Assembly: GCA_047947115.1 (NCBI GenBank)
Contig: CP170459.1
Span: forward strand, 576,001-640,000
Direction: 5' to 3'
Source: Verrucomicrobiota bacterium
GTDB lineage: Bacteria > Verrucomicrobiota > Verrucomicrobiia > Limisphaerales > AAA164-E04
DNA: 64,000 bases
The number at the start of each line of letters is the position of its first letter. The first letter of the stretch is position 1. A program made the position numbers and the translations under genes. This document shows positions 11,438 to 22,689 of this stretch, piece after piece. The notes below the pieces were generated by a model that saw only the letters and a program-made list of their open reading frames with translations, had not been told where the DNA came from and searched no databases.

Positions 11438-12334
11438 GTGAAACCCTTTTCCTCTCAGGAAAGTTCATTCATGCGTTTTTTTGAAACCAAGAGCGAGGTA
11501 ATCGAAGAAACAGAGTCGGTTATGCAGGCCCTGTGGCGTCGTGCGTACCCGAACAGGACGCCCGAATTGCCGATGAGAGCACTTGAAACGGTGCGCAAAG
11601 CTTTCTATGGGAACCATCCCGACTACGAAGCCAATGATGCCCGTTATCATGATCTGGAACACACCTTGAGAGCCAGCCTTTGCTGCATGCAACTCGTGGA
11701 GAAGAATATTCACTGTCCTGCTTTCATATCACTCACTCCGGAGATGGCTGAATTGGCCTGGATTGCCATCCTGTTTCATGACACAGGCTACCTGAAGGAC
11801 CAAGGCGACAAAGAAGGTTCGGGAGCCAAACATTCATTTGTGCATGTATCTAGAAGCCAGATTTTTGCGGCAAAATGGATGTCTCACCAAGGCTTGAATG
11901 AAACATCCATTCAAAGAGTGAATTCGATGATCTTATGCACGGAGTACCACCCACAGCGACCGGCCATCCATTTTGATAGCGAAGAACACCGATTGGCCGG
12001 GTGCATGGCAGGGACGGCTGATTGGCTGGCTCAGATGGCAGCACCGGATTACCTACTCAAATTACCGTTCCTTCATCAGGAAATGCTGGAAGCTCGAAAC
12101 GCTACACCCGACACACCTCACCCCATGTTCATACCTGATACGGATGCGGAACTGCTGGAATCAACACCTCGATTCTTCGATCAATTGGTGAAACCCAAAC
12201 TGGAACAGGAATTCGAGGGTGTGTTTCATCTGTTGAGCGATCCCTTTCCCAATGGCCCAAACCCATATCTCGACCGGATACTAAAGCACCTTGAAAACAT
12301 TAAACAGGACAGCAGGTTGATGTCAAAAGGCTGA
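11438..12334 (+). CDS. HD-domain metal-dependent phosphohydrolase
   Basis: YHDLEHT, LFHDTGY, TADWLAQM motifs. Start could be GTG 11438 or ATG 11471. Confidence 0.8.
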   Translation: MKPFSSQESSFMRFFETKSEVIEETESVMQALWRRAYPNRTPELPMRALETVRKAFYGNHPDYEANDARYHDLEHTLRASLCCMQLVEKNIHCPAFISLTPEMAELAWIAILFHDTGYLKDQGDKEGSGAKHSFVHVSRSQIFAAKWMSHQGLNETSIQRVNSMILCTEYHPQRPAIHFDSEEHRLAGCMAGTADWLAQMAAPDYLLKLPFLHQEMLEARNATPDTPHPMFIPDTDAELLESTPRFFDQLVKPKLEQEFEGVFHLLSDPFPNGPNPYLDRILKHLENIKQDSRLMSKG

Positions 12335-12365
12335 ACTCTTCCATCTACCCAAGACGACAGGCGGC

Positions 12366-13523
12366 TCAATGAATTTTGCTCAGACGACTTTCGGCCACTT
12401 CTCGCACATAAGCAAATTCAGAATGTCGGGCCGCGTCCAGGACGCTCTTTGAACCACCCAGCTTCAAGGGAATTCGATCAATGATGAGTCCCGCCATTTC
12501 ACGAATTTCTTTGTGATCATCGGTCAATAAATCCACCAGGTCGGCAAGGGCAGGCTCGGCGTAAGGAACCTTTGAATTGAGCAGTCGCAAAACAGCCAAT
12601 CGTACCCCTGGATCCGGATCCTTCAGCAGCGGGAACAGCAAGGCCGTGGTTTTCGCATCCACAAACCCCGCAGCCATGAGTGCATTGGCGGCTTCCTTCC
12701 TGACCTCCGAATCGGGATTTCGGAGGGCTGAGATAAACACATTCTGATGCGCATGCAACTGGCGCCCCAACGGAACCAGTGCACGCAAGATACGAGACTT
12801 ACCCTGTGCATCCGCCCCCCCCATGGCTTCAATCAGCGCGGCGACAGCCGGTTCGCCGATGCGACCAAACAACTCAAACAACACACCGTCCACGTTGAAT
12901 GATTTGCTCAACAACAATTGGATCAACGTTTCCAAAGCGGGTCGAGCTTCCGGCCCCAATAAATACATCCCATAAACCCCCGCATTACGAACACCCGGAT
13001 TCGGATCCCCTAGACTTTCCTCCAACAGCCCCAGCGAAACCGGCCCCATGTGCGCCAACCCCTTCGCGGCTTCCATTCGCAATCCCCTGTCTTCATCAAA
13101 CAGAGCCGACCTGAATGCATCCAGCTTTTCTCCCTCTCCCACATCCAGCACACTCAAAGCCAGAGCAGCCATGGACCGGGCATGGTATTTTTTCAACGGT
13201 GACTTGATCCCAAGCTTTCGCCCGATGACGGTGGAACCGTACTTGGATTGAAACTGATCCGTCCAATGCTCGATAGAGGAAGGTCCATTGGCCACCAGAT
13301 CGAGGCAATAGGGGCCAAACAAAGCCTGATGATCCACAACCAACTTCAAAGTTTCCGATCTGACATCCTTGTCACTTAGTTGCAATTTCAACAAATGCTC
13401 GGACAAGGGCAGATGGTTCAGTTCAGGTTCCCTGGATATCCCCCAGACAAACAAGAGCCCCCCAACCAACAGAACAACGGGAAGCAACACCAAAAGCCAT
13501 AACCAAGTTCTAAATCGGTGCAT
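12366..13523 (-). CDS. membrane-anchored HEAT-repeat protein
   Basis: N-terminal TM and repeated L.D.D..VR..A...L units. Confidence 0.85.
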   Translation of the reverse strand: MHRFRTWLWLLVLLPVVLLVGGLLFVWGISREPELNHLPLSEHLLKLQLSDKDVRSETLKLVVDHQALFGPYCLDLVANGPSSIEHWTDQFQSKYGSTVIGRKLGIKSPLKKYHARSMAALALSVLDVGEGEKLDAFRSALFDEDRGLRMEAAKGLAHMGPVSLGLLEESLGDPNPGVRNAGVYGMYLLGPEARPALETLIQLLLSKSFNVDGVLFELFGRIGEPAVAALIEAMGGADAQGKSRILRALVPLGRQLHAHQNVFISALRNPDSEVRKEAANALMAAGFVDAKTTALLFPLLKDPDPGVRLAVLRLLNSKVPYAEPALADLVDLLTDDHKEIREMAGLIIDRIPLKLGGSKSVLDAARHSEFAYVREVAESRLSKIH

Positions 13524-13544
13524 AGGGTTTGAACTGACGAGGAA

Positions 13545-14264
13545 TTACTTGATGCCTTCCAATCTTTCACTCCAGATACGATAAAGTTGATTGGTGGCGT
13601 AAACATCCCGAAGGCAGTACTCGGCAATTTCACGGTATCGCCCTTCTTCCACCAGTTGTCCCACATCCATACCGGAGACGCCAGCGCTTTTGGGCGATTC
13701 AATGCCGAACACTTTGCAATAGAAATCCAAATTAAACCGACGAGCCGCTCCATCCCGACCACTGACGTTGTAAAAGGTCAGCTGTTCTGCCAAATCACAA
13801 TGCGGCGTGGTCTGAAAACGGTAACCCAGCCAGTCCTTGCGTGAAATCGGAACATTCAGAATCGCCGACCTCAGGTAGACAAAAGGCACATCAAAGCTTC
13901 TACCGTTGAAACTGACGATGCGGTTGAATTTTGGAACTACTTTCCAGAATTCGACCAATAATTCATGCTCGTCCGGGAAAGGCAGAAACTGCACTCCCTC
14001 ATTGGCCGCTTCATCCACATCAAAATCATCCGCCAAATAAAGCACCTGCCCTTTTTCGGTCTCCGAGTTGATCATGGCGATGCACACGCACTGGGACGTC
14101 AATGGCCACAGGCTCATCATACGGGTCAAGTATTCGCGTTTTTCCTCGCGAGCTTGTTCGTCATCTATTTTCTGGAGGTCGCGAAACAAGTATTCCTGTT
14201 GCGTTTCATCGAAGGATTCAACCGGCAGCGCGGATGTTTCAATGTCAAATACCAAGGTCGCCAT
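13545..14264 (-). CDS. DnaQ-like (PolB-type) 3'-5' exonuclease
   Basis: ExoI VFDIET, ExoII FNGRSFD, ExoIII YCLRDV. Confidence 0.85.
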   Translation of the reverse strand: MATLVFDIETSALPVESFDETQQEYLFRDLQKIDDEQAREEKREYLTRMMSLWPLTSQCVCIAMINSETEKGQVLYLADDFDVDEAANEGVQFLPFPDEHELLVEFWKVVPKFNRIVSFNGRSFDVPFVYLRSAILNVPISRKDWLGYRFQTTPHCDLAEQLTFYNVSGRDGAARRFNLDFYCKVFGIESPKSAGVSGMDVGQLVEEGRYREIAEYCLRDVYATNQLYRIWSERLEGIK

Positions 14265-14334
14265 ATCACATTACTATTTATCGTTCCGTTTTGTTGCACA
14301 TCAGTATGTCAACATGAGGAACCAATCCAACCAG

Positions 14335-14377
14335 AAAAACGCCCGAATCCAAAGGCTTGGATTCGGGCGCTGTTTTT
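14335..14377. terminator. rho-independent terminator after ilvB (possibly bidirectional)
   Basis: Perfect 13-bp stem CGCCCGAATCCAA/TTGGATTCGGGCG, flanked by an A-tract and a T-tract. Confidence 0.8.
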
Positions 14378-14394
14378 AAAATGATTTGTGTGCA

Positions 14395-16281
14395 TCAGGA
14401 GATGATCATATCCGCCACGGTGTGTGCCGCCGGAATGAAGGGCAACACATGTTCGGTATAAGGGACAATCACATCCAAAACATAAGGTTGATCGGAATCG
14501 AGCATGCGCTGTATGGCTGCCTTTAAATCCTTACGAAACATCACCCGCTCACATGGCACATTGAATCCCTTCGCCATGGCCACGTAATCTGGATAGATGG
14601 CCTCCATATTGTCAGGATCACCCAGATAGGTGTTACCTCGGTTTCCTTTGTAAAACCGGTCTTCCCACTGAACTACCATTCCCAAGTGCTGATTGTTCAA
14701 CACGATGGCTTTGGCTGCGATCTTTTCAATGTGAGCAGTGGCAAGTTCCTGAATGTTCATCAAGAATGACCCGTCACCGTCAATGTCCACCACCTGGCGA
14801 TCAGGACAAGCGACCTTGGCTCCGAGAGCGGCCGGGTAACCAAATCCCATCGCTCCCAACCCGGCGCTGGTCAGCAATCGCCGTGGTTCCGGCGATTTAT
14901 AATACTGCCCGGCCCACATTTGGTGCTGCCCCACACCCGTCGTCACAATGGCTTCCCCCTGGGTGAGCTCATAAAGCATGTCAATGGCCATTTGAGGAAG
15001 AATGACTTGATCCTCCATCCCCTGCAGGTGGTCGCGCATGTGTTGCGACCGCATGACTTCTTCATTAACACTGTAACGAAACGCTCCACGTTCCTTCCAG
15101 TCGACAATACGACGGTGCCATGCATCGAATTTCGCCTGTATGGGACGCTTTTTAAACATCTCCACCAGGCGTCCCAATGCATATTTCACATCACTCACCA
15201 CGGGTAACTGCACCTTGCGGTTTTTGTTGTGCTCGGATTCATCGATGTCGACGTGGACAATGGTCCCTTTTTCACAGAACTTGTCCACTTTTCCGGTCAC
15301 TCGATCATCGAATCTAACGCCGAAAGCCAACAACAAATCAGCTCCGGGATGAATTTCGGTGACGCGCACCTGTCCTTCGGAATCAATCTCCTTCTTGAAT
15401 TCACCACTGACGGCCCAATTGGCAAACGCCGCGCCATGCATCCCGAGCCACCTCAATGAAAGCGGGTCGGTCTCAGAGAGCGCCCCGCAACCCATGATGG
15501 TGGAGGTGACTGGAATACCGGTCAACCGAACCAGTTCACGCAATTCTTCATGGGCATTTCCACTGATGATCCCACCACCCACATAAAGCACCGGGCGTTC
15601 GGATTTTTCGATCAATCCGACAATCTCATTCAAAGCCAGATCACTGGCATGCTTGACAGGATTGTAACCGCGGATATGGACCGATTTGGGAAAAACAGGT
15701 TGAGCCTTGGCCTGCTGAATGTTTTTGGGCAGGTCGATAATGACAGGTCCGGGACGTCCGGTGGTCGCTATGTGAAAAGCTTCCTTAACCACACGCGGGA
15801 TATCAGCGATGTCGGTGATCAAAAAACTATGCTTCACAATCGGCAAGGTCATGCCGAAAAAATCTGTTTCCTGAAAGGCGCCCTTGCCGATCATGGCCTG
15901 AGGCACCTGACCGGTGATGGCAACCATCGGGATAGAATCCATGAAAGCGTCGGCAATACCGGTAACCAGATTGGTTGCACCGGGACCACTGGTCGCCATG
16001 CAAACCCCGGGCCTGCCGGATGCGCGCGCATATCCTTCCGCGGCAAAGGCTCCTCCCTGCTCGTGGCGCGGCAGGATCACCCTGATTTTATCCGATCGGG
16101 TCAAGGCCTGGTGGAGTTCCATACTGGCTCCCCCTGGATAGGCAAAAATGGTATCAACATTCTCACGCTCCAAGGCGGCCACCAGAATATCACTGCCACT
16201 CATGGTAGGGCCTATTTCGGATTTGTCATTCGAACTGGAACGGTTGTCCGTTCGCGGATCTTTCACTTTCGTTTCACTCAT
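14395..16281 (-). CDS. ilvB: acetolactate synthase, large (catalytic) subunit
   Basis: [32 protein letters not shown] motif GDGSFLMN...NN. Confidence 0.96.
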   Translation of the reverse strand: MSETKVKDPRTDNRSSSNDKSEIGPTMSGSDILVAALERENVDTIFAYPGGASMELHQALTRSDKIRVILPRHEQGGAFAAEGYARASGRPGVCMATSGPGATNLVTGIADAFMDSIPMVAITGQVPQAMIGKGAFQETDFFGMTLPIVKHSFLITDIADIPRVVKEAFHIATTGRPGPVIIDLPKNIQQAKAQPVFPKSVHIRGYNPVKHASDLALNEIVGLIEKSERPVLYVGGGIISGNAHEELRELVRLTGIPVTSTIMGCGALSETDPLSLRWLGMHGAAFANWAVSGEFKKEIDSEGQVRVTEIHPGADLLLAFGVRFDDRVTGKVDKFCEKGTIVHVDIDESEHNKNRKVQLPVVSDVKYALGRLVEMFKKRPIQAKFDAWHRRIVDWKERGAFRYSVNEEVMRSQHMRDHLQGMEDQVILPQMAIDMLYELTQGEAIVTTGVGQHQMWAGQYYKSPEPRRLLTSAGLGAMGFGYPAALGAKVACPDRQVVDIDGDGSFLMNIQELATAHIEKIAAKAIVLNNQHLGMVVQWEDRFYKGNRGNTYLGDPDNMEAIYPDYVAMAKGFNVPCERVMFRKDLKAAIQRMLDSDQPYVLDVIVPYTEHVLPFIPAAHTVADMIIS

Positions 16282-16325
16282 TGCACTACAGTCATTCTAA
16301 AGGGCCGGCCGGGACGGGTCACAAC

Positions 16326-16357
16326 AAAAAACCCACGACCGTTGCCAGCCGTGGGTT
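16326..16357 (-). terminator. attenuator terminator hairpin upstream of ilvB
   Basis: mRNA AACCCACGGC-UGGCAACG-GUCGUGGGUU-UUUU, 45 nt before the ilvB start. Confidence 0.85.
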
Positions 16358-16375
16358 CTTGTCAAAAAGTTTGTC

Positions 16376-16471
16376 CTAACTTCGACAAGCCCAGGCGTCT
16401 CCCCATCCTACTACTACGCTTAGCAGCGGATAAACGAACACATTAACCATGACTTGTCGAACGAAATTCAT
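16376..16471 (-). CDS. ilvB attenuation leader peptide (31 aa, MNFVRQVMVNVFVYPLLSVVVGWGDAWACRS)
   Basis: 8 Val and 2 Leu codons including LLSVVV. Lies between a sigma70 promoter and a terminator directly upstream of ilvB. Confidence 0.8.
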   Translation of the reverse strand: MNFVRQVMVNVFVYPLLSVVVGWGDAWACRS

Positions 16472-16484
16472 ACCAGACGTGAAT

Positions 16485-16513
16485 AAGTTAAGGATACTGA
16501 AAGGTCAGGTCAA
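16485..16513 (-). promoter_or_regulatory. sigma70 promoter of the ilv leader (TTGACC-N17-TAACTT)
   Basis: Canonical spacing, 13 nt upstream of the leader ATG. Confidence 0.55.
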
Positions 16514-16546
16514 ATCCGAAATCGTAAAAATGCCACCGCCCATCAC

Positions 16547-17566
16547 CTAGCGAGAAGCTCGCGGATATAACATGATCACACCATCCTCCACTTCAACCCG
16601 GTCCAAAGACTTCACCAGATCTCGGAGACGTGAGTGCACATCAAACAGTTCATTGATCGCGAACAATTGAACCGGTTCGGCAAACATGTTCATTATCCCG
16701 TCGCCCTGAAAGGCCATCGATTCAAATACATCGCCGGTGGATGCCTTGGACAAGTTGAAGGTCGCCAAAATGGGCCGCATATCACCAGCAGTCCGTAATC
16801 CTTTTTCAACCAACAACTTCAACGGAACATTAACGAGCTTCTTCATGCCTGATTTGGCAAGTTCTCCCACCCCCATGTTGTGCACGTAGTGCAGCCACCG
16901 ATACATGCTGCGGTTGTTGATATTGAGTGATTCAATAGCCACTTTCAACTCGCCCGCATACAGACCAACGCGAAAAGTCCCCATTCCTTTCAATCGCCCT
17001 TCAGTCCCTCCAAAAAGGGACAATCCACCGAACTTGATATCAAATGCTGTCTGGATTCGACCATCTTTGATACGGGCGGTTATGGTGTCATGAAGCAGCC
17101 CCAGACGGGTGTCATGCTTTAAAATCGCATTCAGCTCACTTTCAGTAATCATCAAAGGCTGGGATGTTGCAGTGAGATCGGTCGAAGAAAAGGATTGGTG
17201 AAGCTTACCCTTGACCACTTTGAATTCATCATTTGCCAAACCGCGTTCCTCAGCAACCTTTAGAACGGAAAGCTGTTTTGTCACCCCACCTTGGTATATA
17301 TCCTTCGACGGGGTTGAAAAATGGGGCCACCTCACCATCATCGCGCCAAAAATGCCACAGACCACCAACACAGATAGGGCGCCCCCGCCAAACACGGACA
17401 GGAAAATCCATGGATTGAAGAACTTGGGCACTGGCCTCCGGATTTGCACATCCTGTTGGGCTGATCGTGGCAAGGACTCAAGTGAACCATAGACTGTGCC
17501 CCCTTGATCCTTCCAAGGATTCCAGGGCAACGTTTCCTTTAACTGTCTGCGGGCCTTTATCATCAT
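16547..17566 (-). CDS. hypothetical single-TM protein, possibly a tubular lipid-binding (LmeA/YpmS-like) fold
   Basis: 339-aa ORF with a TM segment; ITESELNAIL and LDRVEVEDGVIML patterns. Confidence 0.5.
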   Translation of the reverse strand: MMIKARRQLKETLPWNPWKDQGGTVYGSLESLPRSAQQDVQIRRPVPKFFNPWIFLSVFGGGALSVLVVCGIFGAMMVRWPHFSTPSKDIYQGGVTKQLSVLKVAEERGLANDEFKVVKGKLHQSFSSTDLTATSQPLMITESELNAILKHDTRLGLLHDTITARIKDGRIQTAFDIKFGGLSLFGGTEGRLKGMGTFRVGLYAGELKVAIESLNINNRSMYRWLHYVHNMGVGELAKSGMKKLVNVPLKLLVEKGLRTAGDMRPILATFNLSKASTGDVFESMAFQGDGIMNMFAEPVQLFAINELFDVHSRLRDLVKSLDRVEVEDGVIMLYPRASR

Positions 17567-17840
17567 AACTACGAAACCATGATAAGCACCTGGAATGCCA
17601 ACTCCGAAAAGAGGCCAAAAGACCTGTTAAAAACAGCAAAAACATGCTCTCGTTTCGCAAAAATGCAATACACCCGCCTTGGATCGCCGGCTCAATAAAG
17701 GATAGAGGATAACTTAAATAGCTTGTTAACAAACACTTGAAAAAGCAACCTGAAAAAGCATCACCAGAAGCCTGGATTCTTAACAATGCAATGCCACACA
17801 AACATTGCATGCAACGCGCATGCAACACGCAAAACCTATA

Positions 17841-19319
17841 TCACCTTGCAGAAACATCAGAACCCTTCTGCGAAGCCTCAACTGAACTGGTGAATTCCCC
17901 GTCAGACAAACGAGTCACTATCACACTCCCTGACTTCACATCCCTGACTGAACAAACCAGCTCGTCGGAGTCTGCCAATTGGGTAATGGAATATCCACGA
18001 CCAAGCACCTGCATGGGCCCCAGTAGCTGCAATTGGGACTTTGCCTGTTGCAATCGGGTTCTTTTTTTCTCCATTGACGCTTTAAGAATGGATACAAACT
18101 GCTCACCGGACCGGTCAAACCTGAGCCGCTCCTCACTGATTCTCCGCTCCGGGTGCACTGCCCCCAACCTATCCCGAATCCTTTCAAAACGATCCCCCAA
18201 CCTCTCAAGAAGAAGCCGGGTCATGCGCGCCACCGACTCACCCGCATCATCCACTCGTTGGGCATGGCGTTCGATAACTCGCTGCGGATGCAGATAATCA
18301 AGACGCTTCTGATGCTGCGACAAGTGAAAGTGCGCCCGCTCAAGGAAATCCTGAAGTTCGGATTTCATACGATGAGTGGCCGTTTCCAAAAAGGTTCGAG
18401 CGGTCATGATTGATTCAGTGACCCACTCCGCTGCGGCGCTCGGCGTCGCAGCCCGATGATCGGCAACAAAATCACTGATGGTAAAATCAATCTCATGTCC
18501 GACAGCCGAAACCACCGGCAACTCGGATCCGGCAATAGCCCTGGCGACCACTTCCTCGTTGAACGCCCAGAGATCCTCCAGACTTCCACCACCCCGGGTC
18601 ACCAAAATCAAATCCAATCCTTGTCCCCGGGGTTTCGATGCATGAAACTGATTCAGCGAACGTATGGATGCGGCAATTTCCTCCGCAGCCCCCTGTCCTT
18701 GCACCCGACACCCGGCCACCACCACCTGGAGCCCGGGATGCCGCCGTTCCAGAACATGAGCCACATCGCGCAAGGCCGCGCCCGTGGGAGAGGTGACAAC
18801 ACCAATACGACTGGGTCGCTCGGGCAAAGGTCGCTTTCGGTCTTCTTCAAACAACCCTTCGGCCTTCAGTTTCTGCTTCAGCCTTTCAAAAGCCAGCTGT
18901 AGCGCCCCAACTCCGTCCATTTCAATGCCTCGCACGATCAACTGATACTGACCACGGGGCATGTAAACGGATACATCTCCCCGCAAGATCAATTTCACCC
19001 CATGTTCCAGCTGTTCCCTGTGGGAAACATGTTCACCTCGAAACAAAACACAGGACAGTTGCGCGTCCCCATCTTTCAATGTGAAGTAGCAATGCCCCGA
19101 TGCCTGCGCACGGAAATTGCTCACTTCACCGCTCACTTTGACCAATTTGAACTCGCCTTCCAGCAAGGTCCGAATCTGGCGCGTCAATGCCCCGACAGAC
19201 CACACGGGAGGCACACTCACCTTGGGCGCTTCCTCCTCTGGTGTCGTTCCCGGTTCGGGTTCCGGATTCGCACTGAAAAGATCTTCAAATTCCCATTGAT
19301 TGGATTGCTTGCGTGGCAT
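17841..19319 (-). CDS. xseA: exodeoxyribonuclease VII large subunit
   Basis: GEVSNF...SGHCYFTLKD, GVVTSPTGAA, RGGGSLEDLWAFN, GHEIDFTISDFVAD, TPSAAAE, LGRGYSI. Confidence 0.96.
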   Translation of the reverse strand: MPRKQSNQWEFEDLFSANPEPEPGTTPEEEAPKVSVPPVWSVGALTRQIRTLLEGEFKLVKVSGEVSNFRAQASGHCYFTLKDGDAQLSCVLFRGEHVSHREQLEHGVKLILRGDVSVYMPRGQYQLIVRGIEMDGVGALQLAFERLKQKLKAEGLFEEDRKRPLPERPSRIGVVTSPTGAALRDVAHVLERRHPGLQVVVAGCRVQGQGAAEEIAASIRSLNQFHASKPRGQGLDLILVTRGGGSLEDLWAFNEEVVARAIAGSELPVVSAVGHEIDFTISDFVADHRAATPSAAAEWVTESIMTARTFLETATHRMKSELQDFLERAHFHLSQHQKRLDYLHPQRVIERHAQRVDDAGESVARMTRLLLERLGDRFERIRDRLGAVHPERRISEERLRFDRSGEQFVSILKASMEKKRTRLQQAKSQLQLLGPMQVLGRGYSITQLADSDELVCSVRDVKSGSVIVTRLSDGEFTSSVEASQKGSDVSAR

Positions 19320-19321
19320 GT

Positions 19322-21610
19322 TTAACGGTTGAGTAAATTGGCGAAAACATCAAGTTCTGTGGTGGGTTGCTGACAGACAAAGTGCTCGCATACAAAGGCG
19401 GTCGTTCTACCGCCAATGGGGTTTACCGATTCCATGAATGACTGATGCCTCCCCAAAAACGCCTGCCCTTTTCCACCGTCAGCCAACAATACAATTTTGC
19501 ACGGAATGAACTGTTGGTTCACCAACTGATGCATGGGCTTCAGACCCGGGTCGTCTGCACCGGCGGCAAACACAATTTGTTTAAAAGGATGCAAATGTGC
19601 GTCCAAAGCGACCATCATCTGCGGCATGGCAGAGGGTTGCTTTCTCATTTTTTCAGCAAACAACTTGAACCCATAATCCACCTTCTGAACCAAATCGGCT
19701 TTACCAAGCACTTGATGTAGACGGACCAAATTCATCAAGGCTATTGAATTGGCGGAGGGCTCGGCCCCGTCATAGTCGTCTTTCATGCGCAAAAGAATGT
19801 CATTCGATATACCTCCCGTGGCAAAATAGCCCCCCTGATCAGGATCCCAAAACAAACGATCCTGAATCGACTGCAAGGAAGCAGCCCACTCAATCCATTG
19901 AATATCAAAAGTCGTTTCGTAAAGGTCCAATAGCCCACGGATCAGAAATGCATAATCGTCCAGAAACCCTTCAATCTCGGACCTCTCACCACGAAAAACA
20001 CGATACAACTTGCCCCCAGAGGAATCGAAGAGCCTATCCCGTATGAATGAGGCCGCCTTGACCGCAGCTTGCGTGTAGCGATCACCATCAGGTAAAACCT
20101 GTCCGGCCTTTGAAAAAGCGGAAAGCATAAGCCCGTTCCAAGCAACGATCACTTTGTCATCCAGATGCGGACGAGGGCGCTTGTCGCGAATACCTTTCAG
20201 AGTGGCACGGGCATCTTGCATGGCCTTGCGCACTTTTTCAGGGTCGACACCAAATTGCTCGGCAATCTCGGCGGAGGTTTTGCGCTGGATCAGGATATTT
20301 TTCCCTTTGAACTCACCGTGTGGATCACTGCCAAGAGGGGCGTTGCCACCGGGTTGCACCCCATACATGACATTTAACCATCCAGCATGCTCTTTACCCA
20401 GAGCTTGTTCGATTTCATGCGATGTCCAGACGTAGAATGCCCCTTCGGCGTGATCCTTTTTTCCGTGCTCCAACAAACTGTCCGCATCCTCGGCGGAATA
20501 AAATCCCCCCTCACTCGAAGTCATATCCCGCAACACATAATCCAGAACATCACGCGCCACATCCGCATACCTTTTATCTCGCGTGATCTGATAAGCCTCC
20601 AGATAACTCACCGCCAACTGGGCTTGATCATACAACATTTTTTCAAAATGGGGCACATGCCAATACTGGTCGACCGCATATCGATGAAACCCACCACCCA
20701 GATGATCGTGTATTCCTCCTTCAGCAATCGCATCAAGGCTTTCCAGAGTCATGGACAAGGCCCTCGTTCCCACGTCCGTTTCCCGCCCCTTTCGGGACAT
20801 GTATCGCAGAAGAAAATTGAAATTCACCGGTCGTGGAAACTTGGGAGCCCGACCAAAACCCTTGTTTTCCTCATCAAAACCCGATTCAATGCGCGTATAA
20901 GCCAGATCCAGCAAGGAACTTGTCAGGGCCTCTGACCCACCGGGTTTTGCTGTGTAAATCTCCCTCAATCGTTTGACCACCTCATTCCCGCTGTCGATCA
21001 AACGCTGTGGATCGTCATTCCAGGCAGAAGCTATTTGTTTGCACACATCCGGAAAACCGGGCAATCCGCTCCGTTGCTCGGGAGGAAAATAGGTCCCCCC
21101 CACCACCGGCTTGAGATCGGGAGTCAACCAAACGCTCATCGGCCATCCCCCGCCACTCGTCGTAGCCTGAACAAAAGCCATATATACTTTGTCCACATCG
21201 GGCCGCTCCTCACGATCCACCTTCACGCAAACAAAATACTCGTTCATCACCTTGGCAATGTCGGCGTTTTCAAAGGATTCATGCGCCATGACATGGCACC
21301 AGTGGCAGGTGGAATATCCAATGGACAGGAAGATCATCTTGTCCTCCTTCCTGGCTTTTTCAAACGCCTCCTCGCCCCATGGATACCAATCCACTGGATT
21401 GTGAACATGCTGCAACAAATATGGGGATGTTTCCCCGGAAAGATGATTTGTAGGATTCATATCTTCAGAAGGAGTGGCTGCCTCGACTCTGTCCTTTTTC
21501 ATGGCATGAACACCGAGAAAAATGGTCGAAGAAACCAATACAAACGTTCCCAGAAGAATCTGAAAGGAGATCAAAGGATTGCCGGATGGTTGGGACGAAT
21601 GCGATTTCAT
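19322..21610 (-). CDS. thioredoxin-domain / six-hairpin glycosidase-like protein (YyaL/SSP411 family)
   Basis: [49 protein letters not shown]. Confidence 0.92.
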   Translation of the reverse strand: MKSHSSQPSGNPLISFQILLGTFVLVSSTIFLGVHAMKKDRVEAATPSEDMNPTNHLSGETSPYLLQHVHNPVDWYPWGEEAFEKARKEDKMIFLSIGYSTCHWCHVMAHESFENADIAKVMNEYFVCVKVDREERPDVDKVYMAFVQATTSGGGWPMSVWLTPDLKPVVGGTYFPPEQRSGLPGFPDVCKQIASAWNDDPQRLIDSGNEVVKRLREIYTAKPGGSEALTSSLLDLAYTRIESGFDEENKGFGRAPKFPRPVNFNFLLRYMSRKGRETDVGTRALSMTLESLDAIAEGGIHDHLGGGFHRYAVDQYWHVPHFEKMLYDQAQLAVSYLEAYQITRDKRYADVARDVLDYVLRDMTSSEGGFYSAEDADSLLEHGKKDHAEGAFYVWTSHEIEQALGKEHAGWLNVMYGVQPGGNAPLGSDPHGEFKGKNILIQRKTSAEIAEQFGVDPEKVRKAMQDARATLKGIRDKRPRPHLDDKVIVAWNGLMLSAFSKAGQVLPDGDRYTQAAVKAASFIRDRLFDSSGGKLYRVFRGERSEIEGFLDDYAFLIRGLLDLYETTFDIQWIEWAASLQSIQDRLFWDPDQGGYFATGGISNDILLRMKDDYDGAEPSANSIALMNLVRLHQVLGKADLVQKVDYGFKLFAEKMRKQPSAMPQMMVALDAHLHPFKQIVFAAGADDPGLKPMHQLVNQQFIPCKIVLLADGGKGQAFLGRHQSFMESVNPIGGRTTAFVCEHFVCQQPTTELDVFANLLNR

Positions 21611-21733
21611 AGGTACGCAAGGTTGATGCGTAAGCAGACATTCCGGTCATTTCAATCGATGACTGACACGAATCATCTGCTTCGATGCTTGTTACGAAAG
21701 CCCGGACGGGCACATCGGCCCGTCTTCAAAAAA

Positions 21734-22561
21734 TCAATCTTCAAGAACCTTTAATTCCACTTTGCGGAATTCCACAGGATGGCTTTCAGATTGCAGGGAA
21801 ATACTCCCCCCAAACAGTCGCGCATCTCCGCCATTGGCCCCGATGAGCCATTTGGAATGAGCGTCCCCGTCGTCCAGAACAGGATGGTTCAATTCAAACA
21901 CCGTTTCACCATCCATGATGCATTTCATGGATTCATGGCCGCGGACTTCCACCTCCACCGTCACCCACTGCTCTCCATGATAGGTCTTGGAAGTGGAATT
22001 GACACAGTGTTGCTTGGTGAGTTTGCCTTTGAATTCGATGTGGGTTCCCGGGGTGCAAATGTTGGCGGTAGAGCGTTTGTTCTTACCGTCACCGCCCAGT
22101 AACTGCACTTCGATGGATGCCGGAAAATCCTGGTCCACATCCATGGTCTCAGGCAATTCACCATGCAGCATCAAACCGCTGTTGCGAATAGCCCAGCCCG
22201 GACCACCCTTGACCTGCTCGCCAACAAAGCGGTACTCGGCCCGCAAAATGTAATTCGTAAATGGCTGCTTGTAGAACAGGTGCCCGAACGTCTCTTTGAA
22301 TTCGGGGTAAGCCTGTTTATCATAACCAACCTTCAAAATGCCTCCTTCCACACGAAAAGTGTTCCCGTAATTCTCGCCCAAGGCATGATAACGAACCTTT
22401 GGCACCCACCCATCCAGGTTTTTCCCATTGAAAAGTTGGATCCATTCACCCTTGCCGGCGCCGTCAGCGGCAAGCATGCTGCTGGTGGTCAGGATCAGGA
22501 TTGAAATCCATTCAACCAGGGAGTTGACTGTGAACGCGGTCTTGTTATGGAGGAATCGCAT
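21734..22561 (-). CDS. DUF1080 (3-keto-disaccharide hydrolase-like) exported protein
   Basis: WIQLFNGKNLDGW, NSG, EVQL, LQSESHPVEFRKV. Confidence 0.9.
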   Translation of the reverse strand: MRFLHNKTAFTVNSLVEWISILILTTSSMLAADGAGKGEWIQLFNGKNLDGWVPKVRYHALGENYGNTFRVEGGILKVGYDKQAYPEFKETFGHLFYKQPFTNYILRAEYRFVGEQVKGGPGWAIRNSGLMLHGELPETMDVDQDFPASIEVQLLGGDGKNKRSTANICTPGTHIEFKGKLTKQHCVNSTSKTYHGEQWVTVEVEVRGHESMKCIMDGETVFELNHPVLDDGDAHSKWLIGANGGDARLFGGSISLQSESHPVEFRKVELKVLED

Positions 22562-22689
22562 GACCCAATTGAATCAAGTTCCGCGCCACGGTTCAAGCTT
22601 CGTGTCAAGATTCAAGATCCACCTTTACATTGGAATTCAACACGGAAACAGAAGCCACCGCAGACGTTCCGCAATATAGCCTTACTTAA

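Noticed and set aside
17783..17830. TGCATGCA repeats resembling a sigma-54 site downstream of xseA
   Set aside because: The invariant -24 GG is missing. It may be a weak hairpin, but no function can be supported.
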